Below, piece by piece: positions 36,989-49,054 of a stretch of DNA of 64,000 nt (within the stretch, counting starts at the first letter, position 1; each line of letters opens with the position of its first letter). Under the pieces are notes generated by a model. That model had not been told where the DNA came from and did no database searches. It saw only the letters and a program-made list of their open reading frames with translations. The stretch covers positions 35,836,001-35,900,000 of the forward strand of contig CM069154.1 in the NCBI GenBank assembly GCA_035221665.1, read 5' to 3'. Source of the DNA: Okamejei kenojei (Eukaryota). The translations under genes and the position numbers were made by a program.

Positions 36989-39132
36989 AAACAAAACTGC
37001 AGATGCTGGAAATCCTAATTAAAGGCCTTTTGAATCTGTTTCAGCATTGTTTTCCTCCGTGTCTCCTGTGTTTTCATTCATCTTATACTTAATGCAGACA
37101 AATCAACTAACGAGGCAGACCTTCAACACCCTGAGCCAGCCTGCAGGCATCACCAGTTTGTTCACGTCCGCGCACAGATATTCCCTCTGCTCTCTCCACC
37201 CCTCTCCTTCTCTGTGATTGAAAATATTTGAACCCCTTCCATTGATGAAAGGTGCTTTGGCCTGAAAGTTTAAGACGGTTTTCCCTCCACAAAGGCTACC
37301 TGAACCGCCATGATCTTTTGGCAATTTCTCATTCTCCATTTTCCCTGCTAGTCATCAGTTTTACTGTCTCCTCCTTCGTCTACAGGGAGAGGTACAAATG
37401 AATCTATCACCTACAGATATGCGTGGGAGCATAGATTCATCTTCAAGAGGCTGGGGCGAGGACATTTGTAAATTATGCTGGAAAGATATATTAAAAAAGT
37501 ACTTCATGAAACCATGAGCATTTATTTACCAAATTGTTTCTATAAGTTTATCATAAACTAGGATGTTTAATGAGTGTTGTGGACATTTTGATTTTCCAAT
37601 CCAGTTCAGAAGACTGAATTAATAACATTATATGAGTTTTATAGTTAATTAAATAAATAAATAAACATGCAATACTATTCCTATTGGGCATTTTCTTTAA
37701 TAATAATGAACCATTTTGGCCAGAGAGATTTTACAGAAGTATTTCAAATCGTCTTCAAATCAGTGAAAATTGACTTTTCAGGTTCGCACCTGCAAAAAAT
37801 CTAGATTGTGATTTTCCTGCGATTAGTAATGTTATTTAATCATTTAACTCTATCATCCAACACTGGGCCCACTTCCACCATGAACAGTGAATTCCACTAA
37901 AAAAGCACACCAAGTATCCTTCACCAATTCTATATAAATAAATTAAAGACAAATGGAAACAACAAAATACTGTAGATGGAGTCATAAAATAATAGTGTGG
38001 AAAGAGGCCCTTCAGCCCAACTTGCCCACACCGGCCAACATGTCCCACCTGCCCGTGTTTGGTCCATATCCCTCCAAACCTTTTTCTGACTGAGATGTAG
38101 TCTGTGGTAATTCTTGGCAAATGTCAGTTTGGGTCCATTACTCATTTTAAATTTTATAAATCAAGGTTTTCAGGATTATGGTAGATAAAGAAAAAACCAT
38201 ACCCTCTGGGAATTGGTCAGCTACTTTAGGTCATAGATTCTAAAACCTTGAGAAAAGATCTTCTTGAGAGCAGGATTTTACTATCTCCTACGATGTATTA
38301 ATAGTAAATTATTACTTTCTTTATGATTTTCTTTTTCGATGTTGATTTTTATTTTATTTTTCTTACTGTTCTACTCTCTTTATAAAAAAAACTATTAGAG
38401 TCAAAATGATACACTTGATAATATTAATAATGTATGTTCGTTGAACATGAAATATTGCTATCATAACATATGTTTGCTAAATCACTGTCTAAATACTCTA
38501 ATAAAAATATATATTCAAAAAAGAGCAGGATTTTACTTTTTATTTCAGTTCAGGACAATGGTTCAGCTTGTAGGACAGCTGCTTCAGAGACCCTGAGAAA
38601 CATGTTTGATCCTAATGTTAGGGTGTTGTTTCTTTGCAGTTTGCAGGTTCACCTTGTACTGTACCAACTAATGTGTCTTTGCAGGCGCCGGGCAATACTT
38701 ACGCAGACACTACTGGCCCAATTGATCTTCTTCTGAACCTGTGTTATGTGCGGGGGAAAAGGTCGGGCTGCTTTCCCCTTTAAATCTGCCCTTCTTCCCT
38801 GTGTAGGCCAGGTGGTGAAGGGCAACATCAGTGCCTCCTCCTGTTGAGATAAGGAGAGTTAAAAATACATTTGAAATTCCATTTCTTTCAGCTGCAGCAA
38901 TGAACACAGGAAAACAGTCACATGCTACACTGGGGAAATATGTAGGGAGGGGTAGAGATCTGAAATAAATACAACTGACTCTTGATCCGTCGATGACACT
39001 AGAGTTATTGGGCTCATCTCACTGATCTCATCTAAAGCCTTCAGCCTTGCCATTTGTTGTTGATCATTTCATTCTTGCCACAGTACATCGTACACAGTAC
39101 ATGTGTCAGAGGTTATGGGGAGAATAGGGTTA

Positions 39133-39451
39133 AAGCCCTGTCCCACTGTATGAGTTCATTCAAAGAGCTCTCCTGAGTTTGCCCTGATTCAAACTCGGAG
39201 ATTTACGGTAATGGCCGCTCGTCGGTACTCTGGGCTCTCGTGGACATTTTTCAACATGTTGAAAAATCTTCACGAGTCTTCCCGAGTTTACCGCGTTTCC
39301 CGAGATCCTGTCGTTAGCGTTACGAGCCGCTAGGAGACGTCCCCGAGCTCCGACGTACCTACTACGTTCATTCTACGTGCTTACCACGAGTTTGATTTTT
39401 TTTTTAACTCGGGAGAGCTCTTGAATGAACTCGTACAGTGGGACAGGGCTT
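39133..39451. mobile_element. PIF/Harbinger-like MITE, copy 2, inserted in a CR1 3' UTR
   Basis: TIRs AAGCCCTGTCCCACTGTA.../...TACAGTGGGACAGGGCTT; TTA TSD at 39130-32 and 39452-54. Confidence 0.88.
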
Positions 39452-40529
39452 TTAGGAGGGAGAGATAGATCAGCCATGAGTGAGTGGCGGAGTAGACTTG
39501 ATGGGCCGAATGACCTAATTCTACTCGTATCACTTATGAGTACTCTGACCACACGTGACAGGAATATTTGATGTGTTTTTAAAAAATATATAGATAATTA
39601 TTTATCTGTATATCTCAAAGTGTATCATTTATAAATTACATTACAGCTTACTTGTTGTTTCTCATGCAGATACACCAATCTCTTTCTCAGCCCCATCTCA
39701 TAATTAGCATTGAGATAAATGCTAGTCATTGTGGTTTTTGGTGATACTGGTTGTTTTCCAGGGCTACACAACTTGCATTGAACATTTATCTTTGCTCATG
39801 CCAGAGACTCCCTTTCCTCACAGATTTTTGAAGTTAAAATATATCAGCAAAGAGAAATTATGGGGGAAATTAACTTTTGATCAGGACTTGATCAAAGGCT
39901 TCCAAAGGGCCTGCTCCTGTGTAGATTGATGCTGTCTATGACTGCAAAGGAAAAAAAAGCCTTAGGTTTGTTAGCACTATATCGCAGGATTTTTAAAATA
40001 ATTAGCTGCTGAGGAACCAGATTCCTGATTCTGGTGCGACATCAGCAGATTGATGGGGTAGCAAATGTAACATTTATTTAAAGGATGAAAGAATAGAGAA
40101 TGGTGAACCTGGTAGCCTTACATCTGTTAGTGGTAAAATACTTGACTACGTAATTAATACTTTAATACGTAATACATGTTGAAAGAGCATTCCCAAACTC
40201 TAAGTATGACTAGACAGAATCCACAGGGTTTTTTGGGGAGGAAATCAAGTTTGAGAAATCTAATTAAAAATTTAGAAGATTTATCAGACAGGGTAGATAA
40301 GAAAAAACATCTGGATTTTTGAAAGACATTTGATAAGGTGCTGCACATTTGATAAGCTTGTTACATAAAATAGGCTTAGGGAACAGTACAGATAGGGGAT
40401 TAATTAAATTATAGTAAAGAGGAAAGTCATTTTCTTGTTGGCAAGCATTTAACATTTAAAAGGGTAGTTTGGTTGAGACAACATCTTATTTTGTTCATGC
40501 CAATAACATATGCACCTTCTAATTTCCAG

Positions 40530-41064
40530 ACAGCAGATGCCTTCCCCTTTCTTCAAGTTCCAGTTTAAAAATGTAGAATATTCTTCTGGGAGGAATAAAA
40601 CATTTTTGTGCTATTCAGTGGAAGAGCAGGGTGCGGAGTGTCAGAAGACTGAAGGATATGTGGAGGACGAGCACACAACTACGCATGCTGAAGAGGCCTT
40701 CTTCACAGACGTCTTCAAAGAGTGTGATGGCAAGCTGAAGTATTCCATCATTTGGTACGTGTCCTCCAGCCCCTGTGCGGCCTGTGCTTCCAAAATTGTA
40801 GAGTACCTGAAGCGGAGTCCCAACGTCTGTCTCACCATCTTCATGGCCCGCTTATTCATGTGGGAAGAGCCCGAGATACAACAAGGCCTGAAGCTACTGA
40901 AAGCCGCCGGTTGCCGATTGAGGATCATGAAGGCTCCCGAGTACAACTACTGCTGGAACACCTACGTCGAAAATGAGGGGGAATCGTTCGCACCCTGGGA
41001 AGACCTACCAACCAGCAGCTCGGCTTATGAAGGGATTCTTAATGACATTCTACGACATGCCTAG
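40530..41064 (+). CDS. APOBEC2: APOBEC2 coding exon 2 (zinc-dependent cytidine deaminase fold)
   Basis: TTCCAG|A acceptor; FFKFQFKNVEYSSGRNKTFLCY, HAEEAFF, WYVSSSPCAAC, RLFMWEEPEIQ are APOBEC2 signatures; stop TAG 41062-64; spliced protein 215 aa. Confidence 0.98.
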
Positions 41065-41135
41065 AAGGGTGAGGCATTTTGGCTTGTACCCAAATAATAG
41101 GGGTTGCCACAGTCTGATGCTTTCTCCTCCATCTT

Positions 41136-41149
41136 CCCCCCCCCCCCCC

Positions 41150-41188
<39 letters not shown>
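41136..41188. repeat. Poly-C tract
   Basis: About 52 C with one A. Confidence 0.9.
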
Positions 41189-41189
<1 letters not shown>

Positions 41190-42009
41190 CCTTTGTTTGC
41201 CGTGAGCACTCTTGTTTGTCGTGATTGATTTATACAAGGAAAGGCAAGAGCAATGTTGTCAATATTGGACATTTGGATAACATTTTATTGATTTATGCCA
41301 ATAAAAATTAGGGGTGAGCAGGAATGAGCCTTGTGGTACCAATACCACGTTTTAAAGTGTTTCCAGAGCGTTTCTACGAGAGGAGACAGGCACTCCAACT
41401 GTGAACACCCTACCTCTGTATACAGCTTGAGGGAATCCGTAATACTCTTTGGTCTGGATGAATGTAAGCTGGTGCAAAGACTGCTATGCCAATGAGGGTG
41501 GTATTTGCTTTGTGGTCTGCCAGACTGTATCTCTACATTATTCTCTCAGTGAACGAACACAGGAAACAGAAGAAAAATTTTCCTTTGATTCACGGCAAGA
41601 ATCAATAATTTTTTTTCACCAAATAACCAATGTTAAAATGCTTGCTTTAAAAACAGGTTTGACAACAGAGAGCCTGCAGTGTTTTTGTTAGATGGTTGGA
41701 ATAGTGTGACGATGTGTATGGCAAGTTTCACCAACCCTGCTCCCGATCATGGTTTGCATCAACAGACAGGCAGAACAGGCCCATTTTCAGAATTGTACCA
41801 TAAAGGGCATAAAAATTACTAAATAATAACAACAGGAAAAGATAGGAAAGCTTACAGCTGAGAATCTCAAATTAATTTCACTGGTGTGCAACCTGCAATT
41901 AAAGTAGGATTTACAGGTGAGGGATGATTGGCACAGGGTGGTACAAACTAAGCGCTATTTTAAGGATTTTTGGATGCAATAATTTTATGCTCTTTTTCAT
42001 CGTTTAAAG

Positions 42010-42445
42010 TCAGAGTCATAGAGTGATACAGTATGGAGACAGGGCCTCAGGCCGATCTTGCATACACCAGCCAACATGTCCCAGCTACACCTGCGGCCCA
42101 CATTTGGTCCATATCCCTCCAAACCTGTCCTATCCATGTACCTTTCTAACTGTTTCTTAAATAATCCCTGCCTCAACTACCTTCTCCAGCAGTTTGTTCC
42201 ATACACCCACCACCCTTTGTGTGAAAAGGTTACCCCTCAGATTCCTATTAAATCTTTTCCCCTTCACCTTAAACCTATGTCCTCTAGTCCTTGATTCCCC
42301 TACTCTGGGCAAGAGACCTACCCAATCTATTCCTCTCATGATCTTATTATACACTTTTATTAGATCACCCCTGCACTCCAAGGATTAGAGTCCCAGCCTA
42401 CTCAGCCTCTCCCTCTAGCTACGAACCTCTAGTCCTGGCAACAGC
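42010..42445 (-). mobile_element. CR1 3' fragment (second subfamily)
   Basis: GESRTRGHRFKVKG, FTQRVVGVWNKL. Confidence 0.88.
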
Positions 42446-43569
42446 ATCCGTGGAACGAGAAACAGTTAGCCATTCAGAATAAAGAATATTCTTTGATTTT
42501 AATTTGCTATTAAGACATGTGATGGGAATTGCCAGACTGAGGTGTTACAGCACTCCACTGGTGGGGGGGGGGTGTAACTATGACAACTTCATGCAGGCAG
42601 CAATGGAGTCATAGAATTTAAAATGGAGAGCAGTGAAACTGAAAGTATGGCAAAAATGTTACAACACCAAGCTAGAGTATTTTTGAAGAGCATATGTACA
42701 GACCTAGGATTTGTAATTTATTTCACGGAGAGTTGCATATTTACATTATACATAGTGGTATAATTACTGTTTTGTCCTACTAGAAATGTAAAGTATTTTG
42801 AGTTGCATATGCCAGGGTGTAATATCGATGCATGCAGTTTTATCACAGGTGAAAGTGTGACGGATTAAAGGCATCATTTGCTAACATAATGAAGAACTTT
42901 AAACTGCATTGACTCAAGTGTGATTTTTTTTCTAACAGGCTGAAACTCCCCAGTGCATTTTTTGCAGGGGATATTATAATTTTATAATATCAGGGATGCT
43001 CATAACTATATTGAGAGCAGCCTCCATGTTCTCCAGCTCTGTGAGGGAGAAGCTGAATGCTTCGATGGGAGGGAACTGGGAGAAAACAGTCCCTCGGCTG
43101 AGGTAAATATCCAACGTAAAAAGTTACGGAATATTACAAAGCAACCATATTTTGCAAGAATATATATTTTAAAAAACCCTTATCAAATAGGTAGCTGTGA
43201 AAGGTCTGAAAATTCTGAAAATAATCCCTACCTTAGGTGCAACAGTGTCACACAGGCTTCATCACTAACAAAAGGTGACGCGAAAACGGAACAAAATGGC
43301 ACAGTGAATTTACATCTCAGCTATCTCTACACGCATAATGCTGTGCAAATGTCGAATTAAAAAAAATTATACCTTCCGATAACTGGATAGAGCAGCCATT
43401 CTATATTATTACATCAGTCTAGCTAGTCATTGTACTCATTACAACCCAAGTCTTTGGCGTTGTAAAACTCTCCCTCCATTTCAAATGGATTTTTAAAATT
43501 CCACACTGCTGTGGAGGCCAAGTCAATGGATATTTTTAAGGAGGAGATTGACTGATTCTTGATTAGTAA

Positions 43570-44322
43570 AGGGGCTGTCCCACTTGGGAGACCTAATCCA
43601 CGAGTTCTGACAAGTTTTCCCTCGACTCGTACTCACAGCATGGCCGACACGAGGTCGTAGGAGGTCTTTATAACTCTCCTTCATGCTCGAGAGTAGTCCC
43701 CGTGTACTCGAGGCCTCAGCTAGGTCGCGACATATTTTTCAAGATGTTGAAAAATACCCGCGTGTAAAAAATGGTCGTCATGGAAAAAATCGATACTTTT
43801 TATACTCCTAGGTTTAGTCTGAATCGGTCGGCATGTTAGTTGTAGGTAATCGAGGATAGTCGAAGGTAGTCAAAGGGAGGTCGAAGGGAATCGAAGGAGA
43901 GGTCGAAGGGAGTCTTCACTCTCCACTATTCGGTGACTAATTTTCCCGAAGCTAGTCGTAGCTAGTCGAAGCCGGTCTTCAACATAGTCGAAGGAGGTCT
44001 TCTACATTGTCGAAGGAGATCTTCAACATAACATCTACGAACTACCTTCGATTACCTACGACAAACATGCCGACCTACTACGACTAAACCTATGAGTAAA
44101 AAAAGTATAGATTTTTTTCCATGGCGACCTTTTTTTACTTGCGGGCATTTTTTAACATATTGAAAATAACCTAGCTGTGGCCTTGAGTACGCGGGGACCA
44201 CTCTCGAGCATGAAGGAGAGTTACGAAGACCTCCTACGATCTCCTGTCGACCATGCTGCGAGTATGAGTCGAGGGCAAACTCGCCAGAACTCACGGATTA
44301 GGTTGCCCAAGTGTGACACCCT
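43570..44322. mobile_element. Long palindromic PIF/Harbinger-like MITE, copy 3, inserted in a CR1 3' end
   Basis: Inverted arms of roughly 280-300 bp starting AGGGGCTGTCCCACTTGGG; TAA TSD at 43567-69 and 44323-25; flanks rejoin as CR1 3' sequence. Confidence 0.88.
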
Positions 44323-45954
44323 TAAGGATGTCAGGGATTATGGGGCGAAGGCAGGAGAATGGGGCTGAAAGAGAAAGATCAGCCACGATTGAATGGCGGG
44401 TGAGACCTGATGGGCCAAATGGCCTTATTCTGTTCCTAGAATGTATGAACATGTTTCCCTCAAATAATCAGTCTTTTAGATCTTTTCTCATTTTTGCAAT
44501 ATGGAAATTCTGATTTTTTTAAAATTATGTTTCACTTATTTAAATTTACATTGTCTATTTTCCTAGTTCACTAAAAGCAACAACCTGAATTTCAACACCA
44601 TTTAATGTTTCACATTGCTCAAATACATCCTGCTTCTTATGTTGATAGGTAGAAAAGGTGACACTTCAAAGAAACTTGGATTCTATGTAAATTGATCATA
44701 ACTGTCATGGAGATATGGAAACAATTGAAAAGACTAAATAGATTCCTGCCATTCCGTGTATAGATGGGCTAGAGGATGGTGTGATCTTGAAGAAATGCAG
44801 AATAGATTTTCCATAGTAATACTTTGATTTCAAAGTTTAAATTGAAAGAAGATTTTACACAAAGATTACATTCCATTGAATTTAAAAGATTCCAGAAATG
44901 ATTGTACGCTGCAAGATCTTAAGGGACACTGATAAGGATAAACTATTTTTGATGGTTCTAGGGATTTCTGACAAAGGGCACTGCTAAGAGTTAGAACCTG
45001 TTTTTTCAGATTTACCTTGAGAAAGATTCAGTGTATTGACAAATATGGACTTCTCAGTACATGTATTTTCCCACGTGTATCAATTGCTAAATTTAAATCT
45101 TTTACAGATTTTTATAGAGTGGTATTAAGGAACATAAGTCAATGGTGGGTATATTAAGTTAGTTTGCAGGCAAAGTTAAATAGAAAAACTGCCTTGAGAG
45201 GAAAAGCAACCAATTCTGTTTCTCACCTTCAGAATGAAAAGTTCATAGAACGTGATATGCAGTAGTTGGATTGAAACGTTCTATTCAGGACATTCAAGTA
45301 GCAGGGCAAAGCTTTTACTACTCACTTGCAAACAAAATGGTTAATATATAGAGGACAATTTGCAGCCCTGTTGAGAGATTTTTGTCCAGACTGCAGTACC
45401 ACAATTATATATGAGGGAACTTGATACGTAGCATCAGCTGTTCCTTTCAAGTTCAGTTTTCATTCCATCAGATTGTCTCTGGCAACAGCAGCTATTTTTG
45501 TTTCATTTTAACTTTGGAAGATTTACGGCTTCATTGGACCAAGGTTATCATTGTTTGGTGGTTTGAAATCATGTTTGTTTCAAGAGCCATCTTAGCAAAA
45601 GATTTGAAGCAGTTGTTTTTCGCAAATACAGAAAACATGCACAGATCAGACTTTGAAATCAAAGTGACGTGAAGAGATACAACAATGCATATATCCCTCG
45701 TTATAATGAACCATGGTGGGGGTGGGGCGAGGGAATGGTAGCAGTTATTGGTGATTGTCCGCTATAACTAAAGGGGGTAAATATGTACAGTATTGGAAAA
45801 AAAACCCCAATAAACACACTAAACAAGACAATCAATAGGAAAGGACACAAATTACATAACACTGTAAACATTGTAAATAAAAGTTTGCATACCGTAAGAT
45901 TTGCTCCAACCACCTAGTGGTCACTCTGTGAAACAGCAAACTCAGTCAATGGAC

Positions 45955-47272
45955 AATTGTCAATAGACAATAGGTGCAGTAGTAGGCCATTCGGTCCTTC
46001 AAGCCAGCACCGCCATTCAACGTGATCATGACTGATCATCCCCAATCAGTACCCCGTTCCTGCCTTCTCCCCATATCCCCCGACTCCACTATCTTTAAGA
46101 GCCCTGTCTAGCTCTCTCTTGAAAGTATCCAGAGAACTGACTTTCACCGCCCTCTGAGGCAGAGAATTCCATAGACTCACAACTCTCTGTGTGAAAAAGT
46201 GTTTCCTCATCTACGTTCTAAATGGCTTACCCCTTATTCTTAAACAGTGGCTCCGGGTTCTGGACTCCCTCAACATCGGGAACATGTTTCCTGCCTCTAG
46301 CGTGTTCAAACCCTTAATAATCTTATATGTTTCAATAAGATCCCCTCTCATCCTTCCAAACTCCAGAGTGTACAAGCCCAGGCGCTCCATTCTCTCAGCA
46401 TTTGACAGTCCCGCCATCCCGGGCATTAACCTTTTAGACCTACGCTGCACTCCCTCAATAGCAATAACGTCCTTCCTCAAATTAGGGGACCAAAACTGCA
46501 CACAATACTCCAGGTGTAGTCTCACTAGGGCCCTGAACAACTGCAGAGGACCTCTTTGCTCCTATACTCAACTCCTCTCATTATGAAGGCCAACATGCCA
46601 TTTGCTTTCTTCACTGCCTGCTGTACCTGCATGCTTACTTTCAGTGACTGATGAACAAGGACCCCCAGATCTCGCTGTATGTCCCCTTTTCCCAACTTGA
46701 CACCATTCAGATAATAATCTGCCTTGCTATTTTTGCCACCAAAGTGGATAACCTCACATTTATCCACATTAAACTGCATCTGCCCACTCACCCAACCTGT
46801 CCAATTCACCCTGAATCCTCATAGCATCCTCCCCACAGTTCATCCTGCCACCCAGCTTTGTGTCATCTGCAAATTTGCTAATGCTACTTTGAATCCCTTC
46901 ACCTAAATCATTATTGTATATTGTAAATAGCTGCGGTCCCAGCACCGAGCCTTCCGGTACCCCACTATTCACTGCCTGCCATTCCAAAAGGGACCCGTTT
47001 ATCCCTACTCTTTGTTTCCTGCCTGCCAACCAACTTTCTATCCATGTCAGTACCCTACCCCCATTATCATGGGCTCTAACTTTGCCCACTAATCTCCTAT
47101 ATGGTATCTTATCAAATGCTTTCTGAAAGTTCAGGTACACTACACCCACTGGCTCTCCCATGTCCATTTTCCTAGTTACATCCTCAAAGAATTCCAGAAG
47201 ATTGGTCAAGCATGATTTCCCCTTCGTAAATCCATGCTGACTAGGACCGATCCTGCTTCTGCTATCCAAATG
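45955..47272 (-). mobile_element. CR1 LINE, 5'-truncated
   Basis: [43 protein letters not shown]; CAATAGA tail. Confidence 0.96.
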
Positions 47273-47858
47273 TCCTTTGTTCCTGTACGAATGGATGCCT
47301 CAGTTACAAGATTTTGTCCACTGTAATAAAATCTGCCTTAAAGAGGTCTGCAATAACGAGGATTGACTGTAGTCTAAAGCCTGCGGTTAGTTACAATTTC
47401 AAGATCACAGTTTGAAAAGTAATTTCATTTCATCGAAATCTTAGATTCTTTAAGATAGTCTGCTTTATTCCCCTCCTATAAATGTTTATCTTGCTCATCA
47501 TTTTTGTTAAAAAAAGGCAAAATACATAATAAAAACTGGTAGTAAAAAGTATTAAATGCAACAATGATATTGCATATATGCAAAAGTGTTGGAGAAAGTC
47601 AGCGGGTGTGGAAGCATCTATGTAGCGAAGGAAATAGGCAACGTTTCGGGCCGAAACCCTTCTTCAGATGATAACTCTTCATGGTAACCCTTATCATGAT
47701 ATTGCATGATACATTTTCATAAAATAGAGGCCAACAAATTAGATTTCACTTGTTGTTGGTGCACTCAAAAAATATTTGTATTTTGTGCTCCAACCACATA
47801 AGGTTCCCCTCATAATAGGAAACTGGGAATGGCCCAAGCAAAGCCATGAACCTATGCT

Positions 47859-48535
47859 CATACCTGCCAACTATTCCGATTTGGGCGGAATTCTTCCGAT
47901 TTTTCCATCCCAATTCCGAATTCCGATTTTGTCCTCAATATTCGGAAAAAAATTGGAATTCGGAATTGGGATGGAAGCGTGCATGCGACCCATGGCGGCG
48001 GCGGCGGCGAGGAGACAGCGAGAGAGCGCACCGCGCCTGCGCCGCTTATGGGGACTGTACGTCAGCACGCAGCCGCATGACCCCCACGGTGGCGTCCGGC
48101 GTCACTTGCCCCCCCCCCCCCCCCCCCCCCCCCCGCACTGAGGTCACTTTGTTAACGAAGAAACTGCAGATGCTGGAGAATGGAGGGTTACACAAAATGC
48201 TGGAGAAACTCAGCGGGTGCAGCAGCATCTAAGGAGCGAAGGAGATACACAAAATGCTGGAGAAACTCAGCGGGTGCAGCAGAAAGTCTGAAGAAGGGTC
48301 TCGACCCGAAACGTCACCTATCTCCTTCGCTCCTTAGATGCTGCTGCACCCGCTGAGTTTCTCCAGCTTTTTGTGTAACCCCCCTGAGGTCACTTTCCCG
48401 CCCTCACTGACGTCACGTACCCCGCCCCTTACTGACGTCACTTGCCCCGCCCCTTACTGACGTCACGTGCCCCGCCCTCACTGACGTCAGACTAATAGGA
48501 TTCCGATTTTTCAATCTCACAAGTTGGCAGGTATG
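47859..48535. mobile_element. Non-autonomous DNA transposon with perfect 14-bp TIRs and an apparent 6-bp TSD
   Basis: CATACCTGCCAACT / AGTTGGCAGGTATG; TATGCT at 47853-58 and 48536-41; TTCCGATTT subterminal repeats. Confidence 0.85.
48151..48383. mobile_element. Inverted Penelope pLTR insertion with a 13-bp flanking direct repeat
   Basis: CTGAGGTCACTTT at 48138-50 and 48384-96; intact hammerhead-like core 48288-48315. Confidence 0.75.
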
Positions 48536-48752
48536 TATGCTGCATACATACCAGAACTTCAAACTACAAGGGCATGGAACTCGAATCAATCAAGGTTTCC
48601 CCAAAAGGGTACTTGAGGGAAAACCATTTTTTGGCTCAGTGAGTGAAGGAGAAATGAGATTGATTGTATTTACTCTATAACATGCTTGACATAATGGATC
48701 AAATTGTTTCATTAGCTGGAGTTATTGAATTATTCTTTATTTTAATTTACAT

Positions 48753-49054
48753 TGTAGCGGTGGAGTTGCTGCCTTACAGCCCTTGCAGCGGCAGAGGCCC
48801 GTGTTCGATCTCGACTACGGCTGCTGTTTGTACGGAGTTTGTAGCGTTTTCCCACATGAAGTTTCTCTGAGATCTTCGGTTTCCTCCCACACTCAAAGAT
48901 GTTTGTAGGTTAATAACCACTCCAGGTTTGTAGGTTAATTGACCTGGTATGTGTAAATTGTCCCTAGGAGTTTGTAGGATAGTGTTAATGTAGGGGGGAA
49001 ATCGCTGGTCAGTGCAGACTCGGTGGGCCGAAGGGCCTTTATCTCGAAACTAAA
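48753..49054 (+). mobile_element. V-domain tRNA-derived SINE
   Basis: GTTCGATCTC B box, V-domain, GGGCCGAAGGGCC tail. Confidence 0.8.

Noticed and set aside
40510-40529. ORF-track start MHLLISR for APOBEC2
   Set aside because: Intronic; the true N-terminus comes from exon 31279-31391 spliced to 40530
41136-41188. Long poly-C/G tracts as functional G4 or i-motif elements
   Set aside because: Similar homopolymers occur throughout the window (about 2347, 22717, 36488, 48109, 56508) and their lengths are unreliable in assemblies
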